DNA from: Paragordius varius
Lineage: Eukaryota; Animalia; Nematomorpha
Direction of reading: 5' to 3'
Assembly: GCA_964247055.1 (NCBI GenBank)
Contig: OZ176056.1
Coordinates: 1,922,001 to 1,986,000 of the forward strand
DNA length: 64,000 nucleotides
The position numbers and the translations under genes were made by a program. Below the pieces are notes generated by a model that did not search any database, had not been told where the DNA came from, and saw only the letters and a program-made list of their open reading frames with translations. The first letter of the stretch is position 1. Each line of letters begins with the position of its first letter. Below are positions 50,272-64,000 of this stretch, piece by piece.

Positions 50272-53200
50272 TTATATATTTTTGAAAGCGGGCACGGCTA
50301 AGGTCATATAAACTAAAATAGTTTCGTATAAAAATCTACTTCTTTGAAGACCGGATGGTCCAGGTTGGGGTTCTGTGGCCTCTGTTTAAAATATAATTAG
50401 AAAAAATAATTATATATAAAATAATTTTCCCGTAAAATATTAAAATATATATATAAATTAAAACCAGATGAGCTTTGTGGGGTGATTTCAGATATGGCAT
50501 TATCGGACGAAACTAAAGAGAAAATGGATAATTTTTAGTTCAAATTTATATACATCAAAATTGATTTATCATAGTATTTCCAACTTTTTTGTTATTAGTC
50601 TTAAACTTGTATGGACAATATTTGATAATGCAAACAGAGACTTATTCAAAAATACCTTTAGTTGGTGGATTCACGCTAGGTCCTGATAAAAATAAAATAT
50701 TTGGTTTTAGTTTTAAACTAAGATTTTTTATTTTTGAACATAAACGGCCAAAAATACTTAAGTTAGGGTATAATACAGTCAAAAAAAGTAAAAATTGTTT
50801 CTAAAAACAACGGTATCTGAACAAATTTTAAAATTTGTTAATTACTTTGTCATCAAAAATAAACACTAATTTGTCATTACCTGGTTCTAACTGAGCCAAT
50901 TCGCCTCCATCATCTAGATTTTTAGATTTATTTTTAATCATATCAATTTATAAAAATTTCCAAAATAGATTTTAATTGGTTTCAAATAGTTAGCGAAGCA
51001 AATATTTCAATTAAATAATTTTATACAATTTGCAATGTGTTTAATTACTTATTGTAATATTGAAAAACCAGAAATTACAAAACAAAAAGTTATTTTTATA
51101 TGAAACAATATTATATATATTATTACCAGTATTAGCAATTGTTTCAACCAATTTAGCTGCTTCAGTGATTTCCACTATTTAAAAAAAATAAAATTTATAA
51201 ACCAAAATATAATTTATAATATATGGTTAATTTGATAATCAATTTTTATATAACATATAATTTTTTGATCAAATATACCTCCATCTAGAATATTTGGATT
51301 TGTAAAAGATTATTTGAGTTTTACCTGTGAGTACAGTGGCTACATATTTAAAAATGTGTATTATAAATTATATTTTTATCTAATTAAAAATATTAAAAAT
51401 TATCGATGAAGTGACCGTTTTTTAACAAAGCAATTAGTAAAAAAAATTTATTTAATGAAAATACTAAAATAAAGTTGCAAATTCATACAAAAATTACAAG
51501 GCTATAATTTATTATGGTTATATTAGGTGAATAACTTATTAAAACTCTGTTTGTAATTAAAGAAAATTAATAATAATATATATTATTTTATTGGAATTTT
51601 TAAAGAACTCTTTTGTCTTTGTAAAAAAGAAAAATGACAATATGCAAAAATTAATTTTTATAAAAATCAGAGTCCTTATACATTTCGAGACCCGCCTTAA
51701 TTGGCCCTCCCAGCAAACTATAGCAACGCGCAAAAAAATAAACTCATGTTTCGATGTATATAGAGTCATGCTTTAAATAATAGTTTTGGCTTGTTAGGTT
51801 TTTGGGGACCTCATAAAGAGCAAAAAGCAATAAAATCAATTAAAAAGTAATCATTTTTAGGCTTTTAAAAATAAATATGGAAATTTATTTAAAAACGTGT
51901 CATAGAATAAATAAAATTTGCGAACGGTTTCGGAGACTATAACGTACGTCCGTCCTCAGCGTTAAAAAATGGCCAAAATATATTGTTGATATTTTGCAAA
52001 TAAATCTGGATTTTTTTTCCGTATCAAATTTCTCGGTATGGTAATGTTTCGGTTTATTGTTAAATGTACAGTAAAAATTGAAATTATACGGACAAATTCT
52101 AATAATATTAAGACAAATATTTTCTTTCTAAAAGATAACCATACTTTTTAAATTTTAATTTATTTAAATACAGTAAAATTGAAATTATACGGACAAAATC
52201 TAAAAATATAAAGACAATAGACAGTCACACTTTATAAAACTGAGATTTCAAAATTTTAATTGTTAAAAAATTGTAAAATAGGATATATAAATATATTGAT
52301 AACACAATCAATAACATATTTTATATTTTGTATGTAAATAATTTATATGGAAAAATTTAGATTTAAAAAAGTATGGTTGTCTTTTAGTAAAAATATTTGT
52401 CTTTAAATTTTTACATTTTGTCCGTATAATTTCACTTTTTACTGTATAATTCCTTGTTTTAAACTGTAAAGTATGAAATAGAGATATATATTGAGAACAT
52501 GATTAATTATGTATTTTATTGCGATATTTATAGGATAAATTTATGGGTTAAAAAATATGGTCATCTTTTAAAATAAAAATATTGTCATTACATTTTTACG
52601 TTTTGTCCGTATAATATCAATTTTACTGTACTGTATATATATAAAGGTTAAATGAAGCAATTTTAAATGCAGCTCAAAGAAAATAAGTAATGATTGGACA
52701 GAAACATTATTTTCATATTTTTATTGTATCAAATAAAAGATTCTAGGCAATAATTTTGAATCAGAGGGAGAATTAGGATCAAATATATACATTAGATATA
52801 TTCATACAAGCCAATATAATAATTTCATATCTTAAAAAGGTCAAATCAGTTAACCACTTTGTAACAAAACTTGTTCTTTATGCAAGACTATGCTTTGTGA
52901 TACTATACGGACAAAACGTACAAAAAAGGATTTCTTACAAAGTCAAACATTGATTTGCCCTAATTTTCCCCATTTTAATTTTATGTTTTTATTTAGTTTT
53001 TTAAGAATTTAAATCTCAATTTATCATTTTGTAAACGACAAAAGGCTGAGTTGATTTTCAATGTCAACATTTTAAGAAAGTGTTGTCTCTTATAGAAAGC
53101 CCTTCTTTGAGTTTTTCCGTTTTGTTTGTATGATTATGGTAAAATATTAATTTGAAAATAAAATTACATTTTACATTATAAAAATACCCGAACTTTTATC

Positions 53201-55594
53201 CGGTAATATTAAAATATTTGCAATATAAATTAAATCATTATCGTTTTACCTGCCACTGAAAATATTAAATAATATAACTTTATAAAAAATATTTTTGTGA
53301 TATTTTTCGAATTGGTAAATTTTAACCAAAAGAATTACACATTGCTGAGCCTAATATTTATCATTTTAAACATTATTAATAACTAGTTTGAAATATGGAT
53401 GTAAAATTTAAAATTTTTTTGTCCATAACATATAAACAATTTTAAAGTTATAAAAAAATTAAATGAATTTTACAATAAAATAACTCACCAAAAAAATGTA
53501 AATAATTTATCAATATTGGATAAAATATAATTTAGTTTTGATTATTTCTATATTTTTTTATTAATCTCAACGGTTAAAATTACTAACTTTTTTGTTTGAT
53601 ATAAAGCAATTATGAAGAAATACCTTGTGGAGCTAAAGCACCTAAGAAGTTTATAAAGCAAAATATATTTCGAGAGATAAGACAAATATGTCGTACCGAT
53701 TCCGATCGCTGCAACAACTAATTTAAATCAATGATAAAATTAAATTGGTAAATAAATTTTAGGACAAAACTCTTCGATATTTACACAAAATTTTAAATAA
53801 CTGGTGTAATTATTCTTTTTAGGCTTAAATAATGATGTAATCCTTAAAATAATGTTTTATCCAGGGGCGTATCTTGCACCGCTATCCTCCAACATTTTTG
53901 TGAATTATCAATTAAATATGAAATATAATGAATGGTAAAATATGCCCATAAAATTTTTAAATGTTGATATTTATTTTATTCAAATTTTCTGGATATATTT
54001 TGCTAAATTGGTGAATTAGTATATATTAAGAATGCGATTACAGCAATGTTCCCTTTATTTTATCAAAAATTTATTTTTTTTTCGTTAAATTGGTATAAAT
54101 AGTTGAAGAATGGAAAAGAGCTCTATGGTATTAACAATATCATATTCATCAAAAAAATATAAGAATTACCATAGAGCTTTTGTATTTTCAATTCTTTAAC
54201 AAATATTTATACCCATTTCACGAAAGAAAAAAATTTTTAATAAAATAAAGGATACATGACTTTAAGTCGAAAATGCGTTCCATGAAACCATTTAAATTAG
54301 CTACCCCTGTTTTTTACCCATTCTTATATTAAATTGTGAGTCAATCAAAGTGAGTGATTTTATTATATCCTTAAATGTAAATGTACTGTTTTTATTTTTA
54401 TTTATAAAATCCTTAAATTTTCTACTGTTTGAAATCATGTAAATGACAATAAATGCCATTATGTCTATTTTTTGTTTACTGTCCTATTTAAAATGTATAT
54501 AATAAATGAATTATGAGTAAAAATAGTATACCAGGAGAAGTAACTAAAAGTTTTTTTCCATTAATGACAGAATCCTTTTTTTGTTAATTATATTTTCATA
54601 CTTGAGTCCGAGCTTTGTAAATTGAGTTTGTTTTGTTGGGCCTTTCATACTTCTTCTAATAATTATAATATTTCTATAAAGTTTTATTTAATGTCAATTT
54701 CATATCTCTGAATTTATTTCAAACGTGTGGCTATGATATTCGAAATTTTACACTAAAATTCAAGCACGGAAAAATATAAGTATGAAATCTTATAAATATA
54801 AAAAAATTACTAATTATATTTTTTTTAGAATAATATGATGGAAATATCAACAAAATTAATTAATGAATTTTCGTTCAATTCTTCTAACTTCTTCGGATCA
54901 ACTCAAAAATAAAGCCTGATTATGAATGCAATTTTCAAATATAAATACCGTTTTAATAGGGTCTTTCTTTATATTCGCAGCTATATTGAAAATGAATAAG
55001 ATTCACAATTATTATATAAAAACATCACATTAACTTTAACCATTTCACGTTAAAAAATGATTCGACATTGTATTCCAAATCGGTCAAAGCACTTTCTTAT
55101 TTTTATTCTTATTATTATCGTTTAGCTTTTTTATTTCAAATAAACGGACGCTCTTCATTCCTAACTATGAGCTTTTACTGCCTGCATTTTCCATATAAAC
55201 AAATTTTTTTATAAAGATCTTTGGTTAACATTGCATAAAAATTGTTCAAATTCAATTGTAACCGAAATAAAAACTAAACTAAAAAATGAGGTAATCAATT
55301 CTTTTACATAAAATTAAGATTTATACAATTGGCAAAGGCAATTAATATTAATGGTTGCTTATTTCACACTATAGTTGGGCATATGCAACACACAGAAGTG
55401 TATGGAAAAAAGAAAGGAATAAATTGTTTATTCAACATTTTGTTGTTTTTTCCATATATTACTATGTTGCAAATTGCCCTACTATAGTGTGAAATAAGCA
55501 ACCATTAATATGCATGCTGTAATAAAACTTTATATTTCTTAATTATCTATTATCTTTGTTAAAACACACTTTTACTTGTTTCTCCTGGCCCTGC
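50272..55594 (-). CDS. Micro-exon chain 3, copy B (13 exons)
   Basis: Exons: 55576-55594, 54949-54980, 54651-54655, 54602-54612, 54532-54543, 53697-53717, 53624-53641, 53250-53255, 51325-51339, 51127-51174, 50881-50913, 50340-50381, 50272-50312. The frame is open. Synonymous changes vs copy A: CCC/CCA, GGT/GGA, ATT/ATC, GTC/GTA, CCT/CCC. Confidence 0.8.
52069..52628. mobile_element. MITE family 2, with a second family-2 copy nested at 52171-52444
   Basis: Two left TIRs (52069, 52171) are followed by two right TIRs (52444, 52628). Copy A has only the single element (10235-10528). Confidence 0.75.
54041..54262. mobile_element. MITE family 1 copy (duplicate of 11945-12176)
   Basis: Same element at the orthologous position in copy B. 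Confidence 0.8.
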
Positions 55595-56890
55595 CTAAAA
55601 AATGATTAATTTTTGTAAAGGCTAAATTTATATTATACAGTAAAAATCGGAATTCTAAGACAAAATTTGAAAACATAAAGACCAATATTTTTTTCAAAAG
55701 CAATCATATTTTGAAATCTTAATTTATAAGTAGAATATATAAATTGTGTTACGAATTAACATCTTTATTTCATACTTTGCAGTTTGATATAATGAGTTAT
55801 AATTAAAATAAACAAGTCTTAAAAAAACGATAGCCGTGTTCAAATAATTTGTATTTATATTTTTACATTTTGTCGGTATAATTTTAATTTTCACTGTAAT
55901 TATATATTATGCAGAACAAGTTTTCAATTACAAGACCTGATAATAATATTTATCCATCAACTGAGTTTCATTTGAATCTGAAAAAATAAAACAGATGATA
56001 CAATTATTTCCTTATTGAGTTTGACCCGGCTTATAATTCGCGCTTGTGATTATTAAAAATAACCAGTCAATACTTAATAACATATTTTAGAAATACAAAT
56101 ATGAATTTGACATATGGTAAATTTAATTTTATGTCCAAATAAATATATATAATATATATATGGACATTGAAAATTGAATTTTCACTCTCTGTGCCATTTA
56201 ACTACTTATATTATTAAAGCGGGAATTGCATTTATAAGCAATAAGATCGTTATTTTTTAATCGGTCAAACCAAAATTTCTTATATATGGTGTAAATTAAA
56301 CAATGAATCACTACAATACGTAGTTTAATATTATATTATAATCTTAAAACCCAGGGTATGCCCCGAATATATATATTTAGTATAAATATTTAATCTTTTG
56401 AATAAATATTACAAAATACACTAGTTTGTTGCCTATCGGATAAAATAATTCAGAAAATATTTTAAGAAATAATAATTTTATATAGGCATATTTTTTAGAA
56501 ATTTTCCAAATTTTCCCCTTGCCTCACGAATTATCACGAAGTGTTGGACACCCCTACTTTTAACCAAATGAAAATATTTTACAATTCAAATTTACTACAG
56601 AACAATTAAATCACCATAAAAACAAATTAAATGTTTTCGGGCTAATATAACTCCTTATTTATATGAAATATATCTTATTAGCTTAGTTTATTACTTTTCA
56701 GTATGATTATAATTTTAAACAAAATTTTATTCTTTCAAAATATATAAAAATATAAGGTTTTAATATTAAAAAACACTTAATTCATTTAAGGGTGAATTTG
56801 AATGTTCGAGGGCTAATTTGATTTTTTGAGGGTGAATGAATTGTAAACGGTCTATATAAAGACTATATATTTGATTCCAAAATATATTAC

Positions 56891-59007
56891 CTATTGCAAA
56901 TTCAGTAACAGACACGTTGGGTATTTTAGTGAGATTCTGCAAATTCAAAAATTTGAATTAAATAAATAATGATTGCCCAAATATAATTATGCTAACAAAA
57001 AAGGGATTATTTTTAATTATAACTTGTATGTTTTCTGAAATTCCTAATAATAAATATGTACAAAAATATAAATTATAAATCGATTGAAACAGCAAAACAT
57101 TTAAAAATTCTCATTTTCCTTTTTAAAAGTCTCTTATAATGTATGATTCAGAATCATACGATGTCCGCTTTATAATGGTATTTTAAAAATATGGAATAAA
57201 GATTTGACAATGACTTAAAAAACCACGAACTATAAAAGTTTTTTTTTTCATAAAATTTTGAGGAAAAGTCGAAACAAAAATTGCTTATTTGAAACCAATT
57301 TTAAAATAATTCTAATATCAACCGTTGTGATACATATTTAAATATTTTTTTCGACAAAAGACTATATATATATACTTTGTTCAATGTCCGTTCTGGATTG
57401 ATTAGTATTAGGTGAAGTATTGTCATCCTTGATCTCAATAACTAATTTACAATAAAATGTTAACTATATGTAAAAAATATCAATTGACTTTGGCTTATAT
57501 ATTTTTTTGAAAAAAAATTTATTCATATTAGTTAATCATAAATATTAATATTCTGAAGTAATTTAACAAATTATAATCAGGTAAAAATATAATAATATGT
57601 AAGTGTATATCTTTACCGAATACAATTTGTTTACGATATGCTATATAATTTTATAAAAAATTTATTAAAATTCGTAAAGCATGGATTAATATATAAAACC
57701 GGTCGATTGGCTTTATAATACCATTATTCGCAAACTTTTATCAATATTTAAAAAATATACCATTGCTCTTCAAATTTATTATTAAAAACTTTAAATTCCC
57801 CCTCAAGCATTTTAATTAACTCCAAAAAAATTGTGTTTTTGAATATCTTAAATTACATATAGTTTTGTAAAATAAAATTTTAATATTATTATTACATACG
57901 AAAAAACAATGCCATGGCATTGAGAAAGATACCATTCAATAAATACAGTCATGTATCCTTTATTTTATTAAAATATTATTTTTTTTCGTTAAATGGGTAT
58001 AAATATTTGGTAAAGAATGGGAAAAACAAGAACTCTATGGTAATTCTTATACTTTTTTGATGAATATGATATTGTTAATACCATAAAGCTCTTGTTTATT
58101 CCATTTGTTAACAAATATTTATACCCATTTAACAAAAAAAAAATAAATTTTTGAAAAATAAAGGATACATGATTGTAAGTTCACTCATAATTTTTTAGGA
58201 GTATTTTAATTGCATGAAATCATCAAGGTAAGGAGGTGTGAACTCCATCAAATCACTTTCAATATTACAAATTAATAAAATAATGCTATCAATTAAAAAT
58301 TTTCAAATTTTTTTACAATTAATATAACTTAAATAAAATAATTATATTTAAATAACATTTACAATTTTTTCATATTTTAAGCAAATAATTTAGTTATATA
58401 TATATTTTCTCTATCAAATACCAAATTAAAGGTTAATCACAAATTATTGTTTATTCTAAAGAAATTTTAAACCGACTAGCCTAAAATACTAAAATATACG
58501 AATGCCATTTATCACATAATGTTCAGGTCATGATGATGAATCGTTTATATAATGATTGATTTTACATATCGATTTAGTTATATATATTTAGTATTATAAT
58601 ATTTCAAATTCATATTTTGTTGGAAATATAGAGAGGCTCTAAATTTGGAAATTTACTGCATAGCTAAAGTCTAAAAAGGTTATTGGTCGAATATGAAGTA
58701 GAGACATATTAGTGTTAAAGGTATCTAATAAGTTACTGACTGCTTTTAGTATATTTATTTTCTAACATTGTAGAGGTGTAAAGGTAAAAAGGCGAATTAT
58801 TGCAAGCTTGAATTACAATCCTTACTCTATTAACTAATTAAAAGACTTTAACACGCAAAAATGTAAGTTTTATTGTGAAAATCTAAGAATCTGTAAAATA
58901 TTTTTAAAATTAATTGACATAATTTGCCATTTAAAGCAGTCAAAAAGGTTTTCCTAAAACTACAAATCGGCGAAACTTACCTGTCGTTTGACTTAGTAGA
59001 ATACATG
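56891..59007 (-). CDS. Upstream candidate micro-exons (chain 4), copy B
   Basis: Counterparts of 14901-16997 (e.g. 56891-56936, 58981-59007) with the same AG/GT boundaries. Confidence 0.5.
57946..58175. mobile_element. MITE family 1 copy (duplicate of 15940-16168)
   Basis: Same element at the orthologous position in copy B. Confidence 0.85.
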
Positions 59008-59678
59008 CTAGAAAATTATAAATTAATGTTCGCATAATAGGAATCATCATCATCGGAATATTTAATAAAATACTTTTTAAAAAAATATTTGGATATTCAC
59101 GTAAAAAAACATTTTATAAGGTCAGTTATCTATAGTACAAGGTACGCTCCAGCTACAATGTAATATATAAACAAGATAACAAACATTCTTTCTTAATAGT
59201 TATAACAGCCTAAGCAAAACAAAGTTAAATTACGTTTAGGATTAAAAATTATTTTGCATAAATACTTAGTGAACAATAATTTTAAAGGGATTTGTAAATC
59301 CGTGCGAATAACAAGTATTTAAGCAACAATATAAGTTTTTAAAATGAATAAATGTATAATTTGAAGAAAAAAACAACCTTTTTCACATTATTTCAGGTTA
59401 AATAAAATATATAAATACTTATTCCTGTAATATTTTAATTTTAAATGTTACGATTATGCCATTTATTATTTAAGTTTCGCTAATTATGGAACTTAAATGC
59501 AAAAATCATGGATCAATGATAACTGATTCCTTCAAATTGAAGGCAGTCAGCTCATGTCAAAAAAAAAATCGTCAATTATTTTTAGTAGAATTAAAACGCG
59601 AGACCATTACAGTCACCATATAATTAATTATTGCAAAAAATATTGGGAGGAAGCAAGTAGTTGAATTATATATATATA

Positions 59679-60576
59679 CTGTGTGCAAAAAAGAGGGTCA
59701 TTTTGATTTAACGAAATTTTTTTTAATGAGATAGCTTATGACCAGCGTAGCCGCAAAATTTTTTATTTGTTGACAACCTAGTTTTTGAGATACTGAAAGA
59801 AAATCGAAATCGGGCAAAAAGGGAAAAATAAGGATAATTAAGGATAATTAAAAAAATAATGATAAAATTTGAAATATTACGGTTTATTATCATTTTGGGA
59901 GATATTTTCAATATATCAACCAACAATCCTTACAATTTCCTGTAACAAGTCTGTATGACAAATTAATATTTGTGTTGGCATTTGTACGGATTGTTGGTTG
60001 ATATTCCACTAATTTTCAATCCTATCATGCATAAATTAATACTTAAAAATTCCCACTCATTTAAGAATTCAAAATAAAACAGTATAAATTTTTTATACGC
60101 TCATAAACCAGATGACAAAAAAGTGCAAAAATAAAAAACAATATTTTTGGTTTTATTTTGATATAGAAGTTTATTTTACTGAATAAAATATAAATGTTAA
60201 GATTATAATAGTGAGTTTAGGTAGTAAATAATTACAAAAATATATTTTAATATAGTTTCATTAAAATTTTGTCTTTTAAGTGTGATAAAAAAACGCCATC
60301 TTTTGACCTGAAATTTTATAGAAACCCAAACTATATGATTTTAGGCTCTTTATATATTGAAAACCTAAAATGATAATAAACCATATTATTTCAAATTTTA
60401 TTATTATTTTTTGAATTATCATTAATTATCCTTAATTTTCATTTTTTGCCCGATTTTCTCTCAATATCTCAAAAACTAGGTTGTCAACAAATAAAAATTT
60501 TTGCGGCAAATGAATACGCTGGTCATAAGCTATCTCATAAAAAAAATTTTTGCGTTAAAATTTTTTTTCCATACAG
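59679..60576. mobile_element. Long-TIR (foldback-like) non-autonomous element in a (TA)n tract, copy B only
   Basis: ~200-bp inverted arms (gagatagcttatgaccagcgta..gttgacaacctagtttttgagat.. vs ..atctcaaaaactaggttgtcaac..acgctggtcataagctatctc). No counterpart at 17850-17990. Confidence 0.85.
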
Positions 60577-62012
60577 TGTATATATATATATATATATATA
60601 AGATATTATGGAAAAACGACGTTTTTGATAAATCAAAGGATGAAATTATCAAAAATATTTAAACTAGTATATTTTAATTTTGGAATTCAAATAATATATT
60701 TTATAATTGTTTGCATTAGTTTATAAAATTATAACTCTTATGAATTGCCGGAACCAGTTCACCAAAAAAAACATTCTTTGTGGGACATTAACCCCTTAAA
60801 AATACAATAAGATTTGGTCGTCGCATGATATCGGAAAAGCTGGACATACATGACGAACGTTCAATAAATCCTTTAAAAATTTCTCCAAAGAAATTTGTCA
60901 GACAGAATACCCAACTCTCTACTATTTTTAACAAAATTAATTCTGAAATGCCTCCCATTGGCAATACACCAAAAACTCTCCTATTAATAAACTTTTTTAT
61001 AAAATAAAATGAAACTAAACTTAAACAAACTATTTTTTAATCAAAAATCTGGGGTGATATGTTAAGCATTATTAAATGATGTAAAAAAGTCTTTTTATGA
61101 TTTTTTAAAGCGTATTTAAACCGTTTTCATCATGTATGTTTGAAAATGGCATGCAATACGTTTTCCATAAAATTTTGCCAAAATCTTAGTTTCAAAACAT
61201 TTTTCTTAATGTCATAGGTGTTCAATATTTTTGTGTGCGATCTCAGTTCCGTTATTTTAGGGGAATCATTTATTTTAGGATTCTTCCGTGGTTCACAATC
61301 TAATGGTAAGACCCAAAACAAAAGCAACATATAATTTTTAACATTTTTTATCACAATATATAATTGGGTATTTTTTTATACCACCCCCGATTTGTGAACA
61401 TTTAAATTTATTAATATTTACGAACTTCTAAAACTAGATAATTCCTACATAAACCAATAAGTATATAATATGATCGTGGATAAATCGATATTACTTTGCA
61501 ACACAAAACGGTGATTCTATATAATATGGTAATCTTTTATAAAACCTTTATGTTTTTAGTTTTTAAGTTTTATCTCTACTGTATAATTTTTAAGAATTTT
61601 CAAATAAATCCTGCCAATAACTTTTAATTTGGTTAAAAAATTGAAGGTAGTATACGAAATCGCTGTCTGCCCTAATTAATTTATATCAAAATATATAACA
61701 TATATTATTAAAAAAATGACCATACAATATTTATATACGATTAAAATTATTTATTTTTTATTTTGTAAGGTATTATGACCCCATTTTTGGGGTTATATAT
61801 GTATTATTTAATAAAACATTAATAAATATTGGATTATATAAAAATAAATGTAATGGCTGCAATTCTTTTGTAATTCGAATCAAGACGTGGGGAATAAGAT
61901 ATGTGACAAAAATAAGAGTGAGACAGGCAAATTGGAATTATATGAAAAGCAAAATGTGGTGCTGCTATAAGATGTTTTTGCTGTATCGATAAAACGTGCC
62001 CTAGTCTTTTAA

Positions 62013-64000
62013 ATCCACTCATCACCGAAGCCCCAATTCAGTAACAAGATAGATGGTGTTTTGGTTGTTAACGAGTTGAGAATTGATTGAAAACAGATTT
62101 TGCCGCACGGCTTATTGTGAGACTTGGCTAACTTGAGTATACTGAAAGGACTAAACAGATTAAAGTATTATTGTGTACATCCACTCATCACCGAAGCCCC
62201 AATTCAGTAACAAGATAGATGGTGTTTTGGTTGTTAACGAGTTGAGAATTGATTGAAAACAGATTTTGCCGCACGGCTTATTGTGAGACTTGGCTAACTT
62301 GAGTATACTGAAAGGACTATACAGATTAAAGTATTATTGTGTACATCCACTCATCACCGAAGCCCCAATTCAGTAACAAGATAGATGGTGTTTTGGTTGT
62401 TAACGAGTTGAGAATTGATTGAAAACAGATTTTGCCGCACGGCTTATTGTGAGACTTGGCTAACTTGAGTATACTGAAAGGACTAAACAGATTAAAGTAT
62501 TATTGTGTACATCCACTCATCACCGAAGCCCCAATTCAGTAACAAGATAGACGGTATTCTGGTTGTTAACGAGTTGAGAATTGATATAAAACAGATTTTG
62601 CCGGACGGTTTATTGTAAAGACTTGGCTAACTTGAGTTTACTGTAAAGGACTAAACAGATTAAAGTATTATTGTGTACATCCACTCAGCACCAAAGCCCC
62701 AATTCAGTAACAAGATAGACGGTGTTTTGGTTGTTAACGAGTTGAGAATTGATTGAAAACAGATTTTGCCGGACGGTTTATTGTAAAGACTTGGCTAACT
62801 TGAGTTTACTGTAAAGGACTAAACAGATTAAAGTATTATTGTGTACATCCACTCATCACCGAAGCCCCAATTCAGTAACAAGATAGACGGTGTTTTGGTT
62901 GTTAACGAGTTGAGAATTGATAAAAACAGATTTTGCCGGACGGTTTATTGTAAAGACTTGGCTAACTTGAGTTTACTGTAAAGGACTAAACAGATTAAAG
63001 TATTATTGTGTACATCCACTCATCACCGAAGCCGCCATTCAGTAACAAGATAGATGGTGTTTTGGTTGTTAACGAGTTGAGAATTGATTGAAAACAGATT
63101 TTGCCGGACGGTTTATTGTAAAGACTTGGCTAACTTGAGTTTACTGTAAAGGACTAAACAGATTAAAGTATTATTGTGTACATCCACTCATCACCGAAGC
63201 CCCAATTCAGTAACAAGATAGACGGTGTTTTGGTTGTTAACGAGTTGAGAATTGATTGAAAACAGATTTTTCCGGAAGGTTTATTGTAAAGACTTGGCTA
63301 ACTTGAGTTTACTGTAAAGGACTAAACAGATTAAAGTATTATTGTGTACATCCACTCATCACCGAAGCCCCAATTCAGTAACAAGATAGATGGTGTTTTG
63401 GTTGTTAACGAGTTGAGAATTGATTGAAAACAGATTTTGCCGGACGGTTTATTGTAAAGACTTGGCTAACTTGAGTTTACTGTAAAGGACTAAACAGATT
63501 AAAGTATTATTGTGTACATCCACTCATCACCGAAGCCGCCATTCAGTAACAAGATAGATGGTGTTTTGGTTGACGAGTTGAGAATTGATTGAAAACAGAT
63601 TTTGCCGGACGGTTTATTGTAAAGACTTGGCTAACTTGAGTTTACTGTAAAGGACTAAACAGATTAAAGTATTATTGTGTACATCCACTCATCACCGAAG
63701 CCCCAATTCAGTAACAAGATAGACGGTGTTTTGGTTGACGAGTTGAGAATTGATTGAAAACAGATTTTGCCGGACGGTTTATTGTAAAGACTTGGCTAAC
63801 TTCAGTTTACTGTGAAGGACTAAACAGATTAAAGTATTATTGTGTACATCCACTCATCACCGAAGCCCCAATTCAGTAACAAGATAGACGGTGTTTTGGT
63901 TGTTAACGAGTTGAGAATTGATTGAAAACAGATTTTGCCGGACGGTTTATTGTAAAGACTTGGCTAACTTGATTTTACTGTAAAGGACTAAACAGATTAA
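62013..64000. repeat. 167-bp satellite array B (~12 monomers; runs off the right edge)
   Basis: Same monomer and orientation, at the equivalent position of duplicate B. The first three units are a 166-bp variant; later units are mostly the 168-bp gtaaagactt variant. Confidence 0.99.

Larger units (their letters stand above)
37460..62012. repeat. Segmental duplication, copy B (homology probably extends left through the ACC exons to ~32.5 kb)
   Basis: Direct repeat of 1-19360 with substitutions, indels and copy-specific transposon insertions. The left limit given is only where the window allows comparison. Confidence 0.95.

Overview
Very AT-rich eukaryotic DNA. The ACC motifs look animal-like, and spliceosomal introns range from 26 nt to more than 1 kb. 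The window is built from a direct tandem segmental duplication. Copy A spans <1-~19.4 kb plus a 10.6-kb 167-bp satellite; copy B spans ~37.5-62.0 kb plus the start of a second satellite array. Each copy carries, on the minus strand, the 5' end of acetyl-CoA carboxylase (ACC) and a ~13-kb cluster of micro-exons (5-66 nt, mostly phase-1 and multiples of 3) that the ORF track cannot see. I reconstructed the micro-exons by hand from AG/GT boundaries that are conserved in both copies, with synonymous changes and in-frame indels. They splice into open, acidic, low-complexity reading frames reminiscent of schistosome micro-exon genes. ACC copy B encodes only the biotin-carboxylase domain, carries an in-frame TAA, and abuts the 3' exons of an unrelated FN3-like gene, as expected at a tandem-duplication junction. 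Also present: a decayed hAT transposon and a non-autonomous hAT with 8-bp TSDs, several MITE families, higher-order repeats in the satellite, and one diverged inverted satellite monomer. No rRNA, tRNA or CRISPR was recognised. All exon models are manual and need RNA-seq.
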